Positions 29,422-39,279 of a DNA stretch of 64,000 bases are shown piece after piece. Location of the stretch: sequence record DRR723986_562, one strand, 5' to 3'. The notes beneath the pieces are model-generated. The model had not been told where the DNA came from and did not search any database. It saw only the letters and a list, made by a program, of their open reading frames with translations. A program made the translations under genes and the position numbers. The number at the start of each line of letters is the position of its first letter. Position 1 is the stretch's first letter.

Positions 29422-32394
29422 ATGAGCAAATTAAAAGATAAATTGTTTCAAAAGTCAAACCTTTGGCATGTTGGAGCGGTAGTAGGGTTTTTATTGATTG
29501 CCATGATTAATTTTTATCCGGCAATGAGCGGATATTCAGTTGATCAGCCAGATGTAACCAAATGGGTTGGCGCTTCTCAAGAAATTAAAGATTACGTTGA
29601 AAACGAAGGTCAACCTGGTTGGACGAATGCAATGTTCTCTGGAATGCCGTCAACTCAAATTAGAATGGCCTACGAGGGTAGAGCTGTTTCTAACGAATTA
29701 AGAAATGCTTACTCCCTATGGTTGCCGGCTCCAATCAGTCTGTTATTTGTTTATTTCTTGAGTTTTTATATTATGGCGCTCAGCTTCAAGATTAAGCCTT
29801 ACATTGCCGTAATCGGAGCAATTGCTTTCGGATTCTCTTCATCTCACATTATTATTATTGAAGCCGGACACGTTACTAAGGCAATGGCGATTGGTTATGC
29901 GCCTTTGTTGATTGCAGGTTTTAATTATGCTTATCGCTGGAAAAACTGGATACTCGGAATAGGATTATCAGCCCTTTTTATGAGTTTTGAATTGTTAGCT
30001 AACCACCTTCAAATAACCTATTACATGGCATTTTTATTAGTTGGCCTAGGTATAGTTGAGTTGGTTAAGACTTTAAAAGATGACAAAAAGACCATGGTCG
30101 ATTTTGCTAAACGAACAGCTGGAATTCTTGTGGCTTATGGTCTAGCGCTGATGATCAATATTGGAAATATTACTGGAACTCAAGAATATGGAAAGTATAC
30201 AACAAGAGGAGGAACTGATCTTACAATTACTGCATCAGGTGAAAAGAATGAAGAAATAGTCACTTCAGGATTAGACCGAGAGTATATTACTTCATGGAGT
30301 TATGGTAAAGGAGAGACATTTACATTCTTAGTACCAAATTTCAAAGGTGGAGAAACCATGAAAATCATGGATAACGAGGCCAATAAAGATGTTGTAAAAG
30401 CTATTCCGAGTCAATTCAGAAATGATGTAAAAAATCAGAACCAATACTTTGGTGATCAGCCCTTTACTTCTGGTCCAGTTTATTTAGGAGCAATTGTGTT
30501 CTTACTAGCCATTTTAGGCCTAGTTTACAGTAAAGATAAAGCGAGATGGGCTCTGTTAGGAGTGACAATTTTGACCGTAATGTTGAGTTGGGGAAAAAAC
30601 TTTATGCCGCTTACTGATTTGTTTTTAGACTATATGCCTGGTTATAACAAATTCAGGGCTGTGACTATTTTGTTAGCGGTAGCACAGCTGTGTGTACCAT
30701 TACTGGGCGTACTATTCTTGCATAAACTCGTAAAAGCTAAAGACGAAATAAAACAAAACATGAAACCACTCCTTATTGTCGGTGGTTCAGTTGCAGGACT
30801 TTTAATGGTGTTTTTAGCCGTGCCTGGACTTTTCAATAGTTTCTTGTCAAATGCTGAAACCGAAATGTTGGCTGGAATAGAGAATCCGCAACAGGCCGAC
30901 TATGTGGGCTCACTTTTTGCCGAGTTAGAGAACGCTAGAATTTCTATTTTTAGGTCTGATGTATTGAGATCTTTGTTATTTGTAATCCTTGGATTTGGTG
31001 CAATTGTAGCTTTCGTTAGAGGGGTATTCAATAAATATGCACTTTCTGGGATTTTAGCTGTGTTAATACTATTTGACCTAGGGATGATTGCTAAACGTTA
31101 TTTGGATACAGAAGCTAAAGGGAAAGGATATGCGCAGTGGACTGAAACATGGAAACAAAAATTCCCATACAAAGCTGGAAACGGAGATTTAGAAATTTTT
31201 AATAGAGAAGTTCAAAAAAATCCTGAGATCCTTGTGGCTGTGGATGATGCACTTAACAAGACAAAAGCATCATTCTCTAAAGATATGGCTGCTGGTAATA
31301 AAAATAGAATTGAAGATTGGACTAAATTCCGAACCTTGAATAGATTGACTAATTATCGTGTGTTTGATTTGGCAAATCCGTTCAATTCTTCATATTGCTC
31401 TTATTTTCATAAATCGGTTGGAGGATATCATGGTGCTAAATTAGGTAGATACCAAGAGTTGATTGAATTTCATTTAGGAAATCAAAATCCGTCTGTGATG
31501 GACATGTTGAATTTAAAATATCAAATCGCCTCACAATACGGACCTTCTCAAAAAGTTGAAAATTCTCAGTTTGTTGGCGAAAATACAACGGCAATGGGTA
31601 ATGCCTGGTTTTCTAAAAAGGTCAAAGCCGTGAATTCTGCAGATGAAGAAATTTTATCATTAAGTGCTCAAAAGGCAGTTCTTCTAGAAACTGGACCAGT
31701 ATTTCCAGTGGTAGTTAATGGAAAACAAGTGAATGGAACTGTGACAATTACTCAATCCGATAAAATCGCGTTTGTGAATATGGTACAGACCGATAGCACA
31801 ACTGTATTGGATACCATGATTATTGAAATTCCATTCCAAGCTGTGGCTGGCGATAAATTATCCTACATTCCAGATCCTCAACAGGGTACTTTAACTTGGG
31901 CTTATGATGCTATGCTTGATTCCTCTTTTATGAAAATAATCACTGTAGGAGAAGGCGGAAGAGATGGTTGGGACCCAAGACTCGAAACAGTTGTTGGGGC
32001 TGATTTTATTTCAAATGTTTCGAAAACTGAATATTCGGGTGAAGGATCAATTGAAATGACCTCTTATCATCCAGATGAATTAATTTATACTTCAAATTCA
32101 ACTGACACCCAATTAGCTGTTTTCTCTGAAATCTATTATCCAATTGGATGGAAAGCATATGTGGATGGGGCAGAGACACCGATTTCACGTGTTAACTATA
32201 CCCTGAGGGCAATAGAAGTCCCAGCTGGCGAACATGAAATCAAGTTTGTATATAGTTTACCTTCATACGAGCGCTCAGGAATGATAGCTTGGATTGGTTC
32301 AATTTTAATGCTATTGATAATTGGCTTAGGAATTTTTATGCAGTCCAAGCTGAAAGTAGAGGATCAAGAGCAAGTGGCAGAAGAATTGGCCTAA
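29422..32394 (+). CDS. YfhO family (GT-C-like) membrane protein
   Basis: WTNAMFSGMP, ANHLQITYY, GDQPFTSGPVYLG, GGYHGAKLGRYQELIE, VFSEIYYPIGWKAYVDG. Confidence 0.9.
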   Translation: MSKLKDKLFQKSNLWHVGAVVGFLLIAMINFYPAMSGYSVDQPDVTKWVGASQEIKDYVENEGQPGWTNAMFSGMPSTQIRMAYEGRAVSNELRNAYSLWLPAPISLLFVYFLSFYIMALSFKIKPYIAVIGAIAFGFSSSHIIIIEAGHVTKAMAIGYAPLLIAGFNYAYRWKNWILGIGLSALFMSFELLANHLQITYYMAFLLVGLGIVELVKTLKDDKKTMVDFAKRTAGILVAYGLALMINIGNITGTQEYGKYTTRGGTDLTITASGEKNEEIVTSGLDREYITSWSYGKGETFTFLVPNFKGGETMKIMDNEANKDVVKAIPSQFRNDVKNQNQYFGDQPFTSGPVYLGAIVFLLAILGLVYSKDKARWALLGVTILTVMLSWGKNFMPLTDLFLDYMPGYNKFRAVTILLAVAQLCVPLLGVLFLHKLVKAKDEIKQNMKPLLIVGGSVAGLLMVFLAVPGLFNSFLSNAETEMLAGIENPQQADYVGSLFAELENARISIFRSDVLRSLLFVILGFGAIVAFVRGVFNKYALSGILAVLILFDLGMIAKRYLDTEAKGKGYAQWTETWKQKFPYKAGNGDLEIFNREVQKNPEILVAVDDALNKTKASFSKDMAAGNKNRIEDWTKFRTLNRLTNYRVFDLANPFNSSYCSYFHKSVGGYHGAKLGRYQELIEFHLGNQNPSVMDMLNLKYQIASQYGPSQKVENSQFVGENTTAMGNAWFSKKVKAVNSADEEILSLSAQKAVLLETGPVFPVVVNGKQVNGTVTITQSDKIAFVNMVQTDSTTVLDTMIIEIPFQAVAGDKLSYIPDPQQGTLTWAYDAMLDSSFMKIITVGEGGRDGWDPRLETVVGADFISNVSKTEYSGEGSIEMTSYHPDELIYTSNSTDTQLAVFSEIYYPIGWKAYVDGAETPISRVNYTLRAIEVPAGEHEIKFVYSLPSYERSGMIAWIGSILMLLIIGLGIFMQSKLKVEDQEQVAEELA

Positions 32395-33299
32395 TGATTA
32401 CGGCTACTATAAGTACTTATAATAGAGAAAAGTATTTACCTCAGGTTTTAGCTTCTCTAAAAAGACAAACACTTGATAAACGTCTTTTTGAGATTGTTAT
32501 AGTTAATAATAACTCTCCAGGAAATACTGAAGAAATTTCGCGTAAATTCATTTCCGATAATCCTGATTTGGATGTCAGTTACCATCTTGAAACTAACCAA
32601 GGTTTATCATTTGGTAGAAATAGAGGAATAGAAGAGGCGAAAGGTGAATTCATCACTTTTATTGATGATGATGCTTTTTTAGCAGATGATTATCTTGAAA
32701 AAATTCTAAATTATTTTCAGAAAGATGATGCTCTCGCAGCAATTGGTAGCAAGATACATCTTCACTATGAAGACCTAGTTCCGGCTTGGGAAAACAAATA
32801 TCTTAATTCATTGCTGGGTTATTTTGATATTGGTGATGAAATCAAAGAGTTTCCTAAAAATGACTACCCCAGAGGTTCTAATATGTCTTTTAGAATGAGC
32901 GTATTTAAAAGCATTGGAAATTTTAATGTTGAACTTGGTCGTAAAGGCAATAATTTGGCTGGAAGCGAAGAGAAAGACATCTTTCTAAGGATTTACAAAG
33001 ATTCCATTCTCAAGGTGTTATACGTGCCAGACGCAATGGTGTATCATTGTGTGCCCCTCGAACGCACAACTTCAGAATTTATTAAACGCCAAGCGCTTGG
33101 AACTGGTAAAAGTGAAAGAGTAAGAGTGAAAAATGAGGGTGGCTTATCGGTAGTTAAACGATCGTTTATTGAACTTTTCAAATGGGCGGCAAGTTTCTTA
33201 CTTTACTTCGTGTATGTGTTTAAGGGGCAATCGGCCAAAGGAGTTATGATCGTGAAATTTAGGTATTGGGTAAGTAAAGGCCTGTGGTCGAAGAATTGA
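32394..33299 (+). CDS. Glycosyltransferase family 2
   Basis: ISTYNR, GLSFGRNRG, FIDDD, GSNMSFR; start at ATG overlapping the YfhO stop (TAATG). Confidence 0.92.
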   Translation: MITATISTYNREKYLPQVLASLKRQTLDKRLFEIVIVNNNSPGNTEEISRKFISDNPDLDVSYHLETNQGLSFGRNRGIEEAKGEFITFIDDDAFLADDYLEKILNYFQKDDALAAIGSKIHLHYEDLVPAWENKYLNSLLGYFDIGDEIKEFPKNDYPRGSNMSFRMSVFKSIGNFNVELGRKGNNLAGSEEKDIFLRIYKDSILKVLYVPDAMVYHCVPLERTTSEFIKRQALGTGKSERVRVKNEGGLSVVKRSFIELFKWAASFLLYFVYVFKGQSAKGVMIVKFRYWVSKGLWSKN

Positions 33300-33309
33300 A
33301 ATAAAAAAG

Positions 33310-33317
33310 TAAATTTG
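33310..33317 (+). promoter_or_regulatory. Bacteroidota -7 box TAAATTTG upstream of the Pse cluster
   Basis: TAnnTTTG in the 81-nt intergenic gap. Confidence 0.45.
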
Positions 33318-33380
33318 ATTTAGGTTTTATCCGGGAATTACTGAGTTTACGAATTATTAGAGCATAGACCTCTAGAGAAA

Positions 33381-34274
33381 ATGAAAAAAAGTATAGCTAA
33401 TTTTTATACCAATTCAATCTATTTTTTTGAAGCATTGATTAAAATTATTGTTCTCAGCAAATGGAGTGTTAAGAATAATGCGATCAGCTCAAAAAAAGAG
33501 GAGGTTGTTGTGTTGGCTAATGGTCCTTCGCTATCATCATGTTTAGACTCTGCTGATTTCATAGAAAGAATTGAAGAATGTGACACGGTTTGTGTTAATT
33601 ACTTCGTGAACACAGAATATTTTGATAAGGTGAAACCAAACTATTATGTGATAGCAGCTCCAGAAATTTGGATTGAGGAGATGTACTATGAAAACAAAGC
33701 AAAAGGATTTGTTTTTTATGAAGACTTGGTAAAAAAAGTAGATTGGGAATTAATTCTTTTAATTCCATTTAGCGCTAAAAAGTATAAATTCTGGCAAGAT
33801 ATTTTGGCTGATAACAAAATGATCAAGATTAGTTATTATAACAATGCCTCATTTAATGGCAGTGAAAAGCTAATCAATTACGTGATTGCAAAAAAACTTG
33901 GAATGCCTAAATTGCACAATGTTTTGGGACCATCTATTTTAAATATGATGTGGAATGGCTACAAAAAGATTTATCTCACCGGAGTAGACCATTCATGGCT
34001 ACCATTAGTTTCAGTCACTGATGATAATGTTGCTTTGGTTGGTCAACCTCATTTTTATGACAAAGACGCTAAGCCTGAAATTATGAAAGGTGGAGTTAAG
34101 AATCAGCGAAAGTTGCATGAGATATTGCATAAGTTTTATTTGTCCTTTAAAGGGTATTTTAATATTAAAAGCTATGCCCTTAAAAAAGACATTCAAGTAA
34201 TCAATTTGACGAAAGGCTCTTTTATTGATGCCTTTGAAAAAAAACCTTTGTCCCAATTCATTAACAAAGAATAA
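33381..34274 (+). CDS. Putative nonulosonic-acid transferase (Cst/Maf-like fold)
   Basis: VVLANGPSL, CVN, GYKKIYLTGVDH, HFYD motifs; first gene of the pse cluster. Confidence 0.6.
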   Translation: MKKSIANFYTNSIYFFEALIKIIVLSKWSVKNNAISSKKEEVVVLANGPSLSSCLDSADFIERIEECDTVCVNYFVNTEYFDKVKPNYYVIAAPEIWIEEMYYENKAKGFVFYEDLVKKVDWELILLIPFSAKKYKFWQDILADNKMIKISYYNNASFNGSEKLINYVIAKKLGMPKLHNVLGPSILNMMWNGYKKIYLTGVDHSWLPLVSVTDDNVALVGQPHFYDKDAKPEIMKGGVKNQRKLHEILHKFYLSFKGYFNIKSYALKKDIQVINLTKGSFIDAFEKKPLSQFINKE

Positions 34275-34291
34275 CCTTATTTTTACCAAAC

Positions 34292-35308
34292 ATGTTAGAT
34301 CTTAATAATAAATCAATTCTGATAACCGGTGGAACAGGTTCACTGGGTAAGGCACTTACTCGAAGAATTTTTGAAACTTATCCTGACGTTAAACGGCTGG
34401 TTGTTTTTTCTAGAGATGAACAAAAGCAGTTTGTCATGGCCCAGGAGTATCCGAAAGATGCTTACCCTGCAATACGTTTTTTTATAGGTGATGTTAGAGA
34501 TAAAGAAAGGTTATTGCGCGCATTTAAAGGGGTAGATTACGTGATTCATGCCGCAGCAATGAAACATGTACATTTGGCTGAATATAATCCATCTGAATGC
34601 ATTAAAACTAATGTGAATGGTGCTGAAAATGTGATACATGCAGCACTTGAAACCAGTGTTACCAACGTGGTTGCATTATCCACAGACAAAGCTTGTGCGC
34701 CAATAAATTTATATGGTGCAACCAAGTTAACATCCGATAAATTGTTCGTTGCGGCCAACAACATAAAAGGGCGTTCAGATATTAAGTTTTCAGTGGTCCG
34801 TTACGGAAACGTAATGGGGTCGAACGGTTCTGTAATTCCTTTCTTTATTGAAAAAAGAAAAGAAGGGTTTTTACCCATAACAGATCCCAACATGACACGA
34901 TTTAATATTTCTTTGGATGGAGGAGTGGATATGGTTCTTCATGCCTTAGAAAATGCTTGGGGAGGTGAAATATTTGTTCCTAAAATTGCTTCCTATAAAA
35001 TTGGGGATGTGGCTGAGGCTGTTGCACCAGGAATAGAACAACGTGTTATTGGAATGAGACCTGGTGAAAAGATTCATGAAGAAATGATTACGCATTCGGA
35101 TTCTTTTTACACCTATGATATGGGCAAATATTACGCAATTCTACCAACAGTTCCCAATTGGGATTTAGCCAAGTATTTGGAGGCCTTCAATGCTAAAAAA
35201 GTTCCTGAAGGTTTTGAGTATAATTCTAATCAAAATGACGATTGGGAAACGCCAGAATCATTAAGAGCATTGATTGTTAAGCATGTAGACCCGAATTTCA
35301 CAGTTTAA
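34292..35308 (+). CDS. pseB: UDP-GlcNAc 4,6-dehydratase (inverting)
   Basis: ITGGTGSLG, SRDEQKQ, LSTDKA, NLYGATKL, RYGNVMGSNGSV, RPGEKIHEEM. Confidence 0.93.
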   Translation: MLDLNNKSILITGGTGSLGKALTRRIFETYPDVKRLVVFSRDEQKQFVMAQEYPKDAYPAIRFFIGDVRDKERLLRAFKGVDYVIHAAAMKHVHLAEYNPSECIKTNVNGAENVIHAALETSVTNVVALSTDKACAPINLYGATKLTSDKLFVAANNIKGRSDIKFSVVRYGNVMGSNGSVIPFFIEKRKEGFLPITDPNMTRFNISLDGGVDMVLHALENAWGGEIFVPKIASYKIGDVAEAVAPGIEQRVIGMRPGEKIHEEMITHSDSFYTYDMGKYYAILPTVPNWDLAKYLEAFNAKKVPEGFEYNSNQNDDWETPESLRALIVKHVDPNFTV

Positions 35309-35313
35309 TACAA

Positions 35314-36459
35314 ATGAAAAAAATTCCATACGGAAGGCAGAGTATTACGGATAAAGATATTGAGGCGGTTGTTTCAACGCTTACATCCGATTATCTAACT
35401 CAAGGACCAAAAGTCAAGGAGTTTGAATTTGAATTTGCTGCCTATGTTGGAGCTAAATATGCAGTGGCAGTTTCTAATGCTACAGCAGGTTTACATATTT
35501 CGGTATTAGCGTTGGGGTTGAGGCCTGGTGAACGTGTAATTACAACACCAATTACATTTGCTGCTTCAGCCAACTGTGTGCGCTATGCAGGGGGCGAAGT
35601 GTGGTTTGCAGATATTGATCTATCATCCTATTTATTGGATATTAACAGTACCAAAGAATTAATTGAATCGAAACCTCCCGGATTTTTTAAGGGTATTATT
35701 CCTGTCGATTTTGCTGGACTTCCGGTTGATTTGGAAAAATTTAGGGAATTAGCTGACGAGCATGGTTTGTGGTTAATTGAAGATGCTTGCCATGCCCCTG
35801 GTGGTTTTTTTACTGATTCAACGGGGACACAACAAAAATGCGGCAATGGAAAATTTGCTGATATTTCTGTTTTTTCATTTCACCCAGTGAAACATATTGC
35901 TTGTGGCGAAGGTGGAATGTTGACAACTAACTCAGAAGAAATTTATAAGAGCTTACAATCTTTAAGGACCCATGGTATCACCAAGGAAGATATGTCTAGA
36001 AATGAGGGGGGATGGTATTATGAAATGAAAGAGCTCGGTTTTAATTATCGATTAACAGATTTTCAAGCAGCACTAGGAATAAGTCAATTACAAAAAAATG
36101 ATGCTGGCGTTGTCAGAAGAAATGAAATAGCTCAAAAATATAAGAAGGCCTTTGAAGGTAAATTAAAGTTTCAGTCGTTAAAACAGGGGGATTTGAATGC
36201 ACATCATCTGTTTGTGATTGAGGTGGATAAAAGAAAAGAACTGTACGACTTTCTTCATCAAAACAATATCCTTGCTCAGATCCATTACATACCAGTACAT
36301 ACATTGCCATATTATCAGTCTATTGGATACGAAAATGCTAAATTGGAAAATTCAGAATCGTATTATCGTTCTTGTATAAGTTTGCCCATGTTTCCAACTT
36401 TAACTGATGACGAACAACAATATGTAATCGATAAAGTTATTGAGTTTATTCATGGGTAG
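35314..36459 (+). CDS. pseC: UDP-4-amino-4,6-dideoxy-N-acetyl-L-altrosamine transaminase
   Basis: IPYGRQSI, YLTQGP, EDACHA, FSFHPVKHI, LGFNYR. Confidence 0.92.
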   Translation: MKKIPYGRQSITDKDIEAVVSTLTSDYLTQGPKVKEFEFEFAAYVGAKYAVAVSNATAGLHISVLALGLRPGERVITTPITFAASANCVRYAGGEVWFADIDLSSYLLDINSTKELIESKPPGFFKGIIPVDFAGLPVDLEKFRELADEHGLWLIEDACHAPGGFFTDSTGTQQKCGNGKFADISVFSFHPVKHIACGEGGMLTTNSEEIYKSLQSLRTHGITKEDMSRNEGGWYYEMKELGFNYRLTDFQAALGISQLQKNDAGVVRRNEIAQKYKKAFEGKLKFQSLKQGDLNAHHLFVIEVDKRKELYDFLHQNNILAQIHYIPVHTLPYYQSIGYENAKLENSESYYRSCISLPMFPTLTDDEQQYVIDKVIEFIHG

Positions 36460-37150
36460 TTTATGTATCATACCGGCTAGGGGAGGATCGAAAAGAATCC
36501 CTCGAAAAAATATTAAAGATTTTTTGGGTAAGCCAATTATCGCCTATTCCATAGAAACTGCATTAAAATCTGAATTGTTTGATGAGGTTATGGTTTCTAC
36601 AGATGACGAAGAAATAGCGAAAATTGCTGTTGAATATGGAGCCAAAGTTCCATTCATGCGTACAAAAGAAAATTCTAATGATTTTGCTACGACTTTGGAT
36701 GTCATAGAGGAGGTATTGAAATCATATCAAAAAATTGATAAATCTTTCAATGAAATCTGCTGCATGTATCCATGCGCGCCATTTTCGACCAAAGAGTTAT
36801 TGAAAGAATCAAAAGATTTGCTCCTCAAATATGGATACGATTCTGTTTTTCCTGTAGTTCCCTATTCCTATCCGATTCAACGCGCTTTGATATTAGGCGA
36901 TAATTCCAAGGCACAAATGATTACACCAGAAAACGCTAACAGCAGAACTCAAGATTTGGAAAACACTTATCATGATTCTGGCCAGTTTTATTGGATTCAT
37001 CCCAATCAAGTATTGAATAAAAAGAAGATTATTACAGATAACGTTGGAGTTATAGAAGTCTCCGAGTTAAGTTGTCACGATATAGATACGTTAAGCGATT
37101 GGAAATTAGCTGAGTTAAAATTCACGTTGTTGAAATCAAACCGAGTATGA
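36452..37150 (+). CDS. pseF: Pseudaminic acid cytidylyltransferase
   Basis: IIPARGGSKRIPRKNIK, SRTQDL, YHDSGQFYW, DIDT; start trimmed to MGSLC. Confidence 0.92.
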   Translation: MGSLCIIPARGGSKRIPRKNIKDFLGKPIIAYSIETALKSELFDEVMVSTDDEEIAKIAVEYGAKVPFMRTKENSNDFATTLDVIEEVLKSYQKIDKSFNEICCMYPCAPFSTKELLKESKDLLLKYGYDSVFPVVPYSYPIQRALILGDNSKAQMITPENANSRTQDLENTYHDSGQFYWIHPNQVLNKKKIITDNVGVIEVSELSCHDIDTLSDWKLAELKFTLLKSNRV

Positions 37151-38172
37151 GATTTCCAGAAAATTTCAAATGTCTTTCAAAAAACAGGTTCAAATTTGGT
37201 TCTTTTGAGATAAAACCAATCAAATATGAAGATCGAATTGCCATCCGACAATGGAGAAATGAACAGATGTATCACCTTCGTCAAAAATCAGAACTAAGTG
37301 CAGCAGATCAAGATCATTATTTTAAGACAGTAGTAAGTGACTTGTTTGACCAAATTAATCCAACTCAAATTTTATTTTCTTTTTATAAAGACAATACTCA
37401 TATTGGTTATGGAGGTTTGGTTCATATTGATTGGGATCTAAAAGAGGCCGAAATTTCCTTCATTATGAATACCAGTTTAGAAGGAGATTATTTTTTCGAA
37501 AATTGGTCGGTTTTTTTGCACTTAATAGAAAGGGTTGCGTTTGAGGAGTTGAATTTAGAAATCATCAGAACGTATGCTTACGATTTAAGACCACAATTAT
37601 ATAAGGTTCTTGAAGCTAATCATTTTTTTGAAGAGGCACGTTTGAAAGATGAAATCGAAATTGATGGAGATCCAGTTGATGTTCTTTTGCATATCAAGAA
37701 GAATCGATTTAAACATATAAACGTCAGACTTGCGGCCTTAACAGATGAAAAGGCATGGTTGGACCTCTCTAATGATCCCCTTGTTAGGGCAAATTCGTAT
37801 CATCAAGAAATGATAAAACCGACTAACCATAATAAGTGGTTTACTGAGCGGCTACAAAGCAAAGATGCCTATCTTTATATAGTTGATTTTTGCGGAGAGT
37901 CGATCGCTAATGTGAAGATAGAAGTGATGGATGAAACGGCTGTAATTGGTGTCTCTTTAGAGCCAAATGCTCGAGGGAAAGGTTTGGCGTCAGGTGTTTT
38001 AGTGAAATGTTGTCAAAATTTTCATAATGAAAGGAGTGATGCAATTTATGCCTACATTAAAACGTCAAATAAAGCCTCGGCTTTAGCTTTTAAAAAGGCG
38101 GGATTTGAGTATTTTAAAACTGAAATCATTAAGGAGAGCGAATCTTTAGTTTACGTGTTAAACAAATATTGA
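37147..38172 (+). CDS. Tandem GNAT N-acyltransferase (PseH-like)
   Basis: Domain 1: IRQWRNEQ...IGYGGLVHIDW...AEISF. Domain 2: NDPLVRANS...ARGKGLA...NKASALAFKKAGF. Confidence 0.82.
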   Translation: MRFPENFKCLSKNRFKFGSFEIKPIKYEDRIAIRQWRNEQMYHLRQKSELSAADQDHYFKTVVSDLFDQINPTQILFSFYKDNTHIGYGGLVHIDWDLKEAEISFIMNTSLEGDYFFENWSVFLHLIERVAFEELNLEIIRTYAYDLRPQLYKVLEANHFFEEARLKDEIEIDGDPVDVLLHIKKNRFKHINVRLAALTDEKAWLDLSNDPLVRANSYHQEMIKPTNHNKWFTERLQSKDAYLYIVDFCGESIANVKIEVMDETAVIGVSLEPNARGKGLASGVLVKCCQNFHNERSDAIYAYIKTSNKASALAFKKAGFEYFKTEIIKESESLVYVLNKY

Positions 38173-38175
38173 ATT

Positions 38176-39195
38176 ATGTCAAATGGTGTTTTTATAATAG
38201 CAGAATTATCGGCAAATCATGGAGGTGATATTAATATCGCCCTAGAGACTATTCGTGCAGCAAAAAGATCTGGTGCAAATGCTATTAAATTACAGACCTA
38301 TACAGCTGACACAATTACCTTAAAAAGTAAAAAGAGCCACTTTAAAATCAACCAAGGCACGCATTGGGATGGTCAATATTTGCACGATTTGTATTCTTCT
38401 GCAAGTTTACCATGGGAGTGGCATCAGAAGTTATTTGAAGAAGCTCATAAACAAGGCTTGGTTTGTTTTTCATCTCCTTTTGATAAATCAGCTGTTGATT
38501 TTCTTGAGGAATTAAATTGTCCTATTTATAAAATCGCTTCTTTTGAAATTACCGATATCCCATTGATAGGTTACGTTGCTTCAAAGGGGAAACCCATTAT
38601 TATTTCTACCGGTATTGCAGATATCAATGATGTCCAATTAGCTATAGATACATGTAAAGAATTTGGAAATGAGCAGATCACCATTCTTAAATGTACTTCT
38701 GCCTATCCTGCCGCTCCAGAAGACGCTAATTTGCTGACAATTCCTGATATTCAAAAACGATTTGGGGTTAAAGCAGGTTTGTCAGATCATACCTTGGGGA
38801 TCGAAGCTGCAGTCGTGGCAACGGCACTTGGAGCGACCGTTATCGAAAAGCATTTTATTCTAGATAAATCTATTGGTGGACCTGATGCGCATTTTTCTCT
38901 AGATGAAAAGGAATTTAAGCAAATGGTAGATGCGGTAAGAAAAACTGAGCTAATGATGGGTGAAGTTGATTATGAGATGACTGAAAAGAAAAAACTTAGC
39001 AGACAATTTTCAAGGTCTTTATTTGTGGTTGATGATATTAAGGCAGGGGAACTTATAACACATCAAAATGTGCGTTCAATAAGACCTGGATTTGGTTTGC
39101 ATCCAAAATTTCTACCAGAGGTTTTGGGTAAAAAGGTATTACAGAATTTAGAAAAAGGGACACCTCTTGAGTTAAAACATATTGATAATAAGTAG
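38176..39195 (+). CDS. pseI: Pseudaminic acid synthase
   Basis: FIIAELSANH, KLQTYTADTIT, KIASFE, GLSDHT, EKHF, SIRPGFGL (SAF domain). Confidence 0.93.
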   Translation: MSNGVFIIAELSANHGGDINIALETIRAAKRSGANAIKLQTYTADTITLKSKKSHFKINQGTHWDGQYLHDLYSSASLPWEWHQKLFEEAHKQGLVCFSSPFDKSAVDFLEELNCPIYKIASFEITDIPLIGYVASKGKPIIISTGIADINDVQLAIDTCKEFGNEQITILKCTSAYPAAPEDANLLTIPDIQKRFGVKAGLSDHTLGIEAAVVATALGATVIEKHFILDKSIGGPDAHFSLDEKEFKQMVDAVRKTELMMGEVDYEMTEKKKLSRQFSRSLFVVDDIKAGELITHQNVRSIRPGFGLHPKFLPEVLGKKVLQNLEKGTPLELKHIDNK

Positions 39196-39279
39196 CTATG
39201 CACCATAGCATGTTGTTAATTATTCTTAAATGAAATAATTGAGCAATCAATAATTCGTTTCTTAGTATAAAAATTAGGT

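Noticed and set aside
32289-32393. N-terminal extension of GT2 inside YfhO
   Set aside because: The GT2 fold starts at ATG 32394, coupled to the YfhO stop
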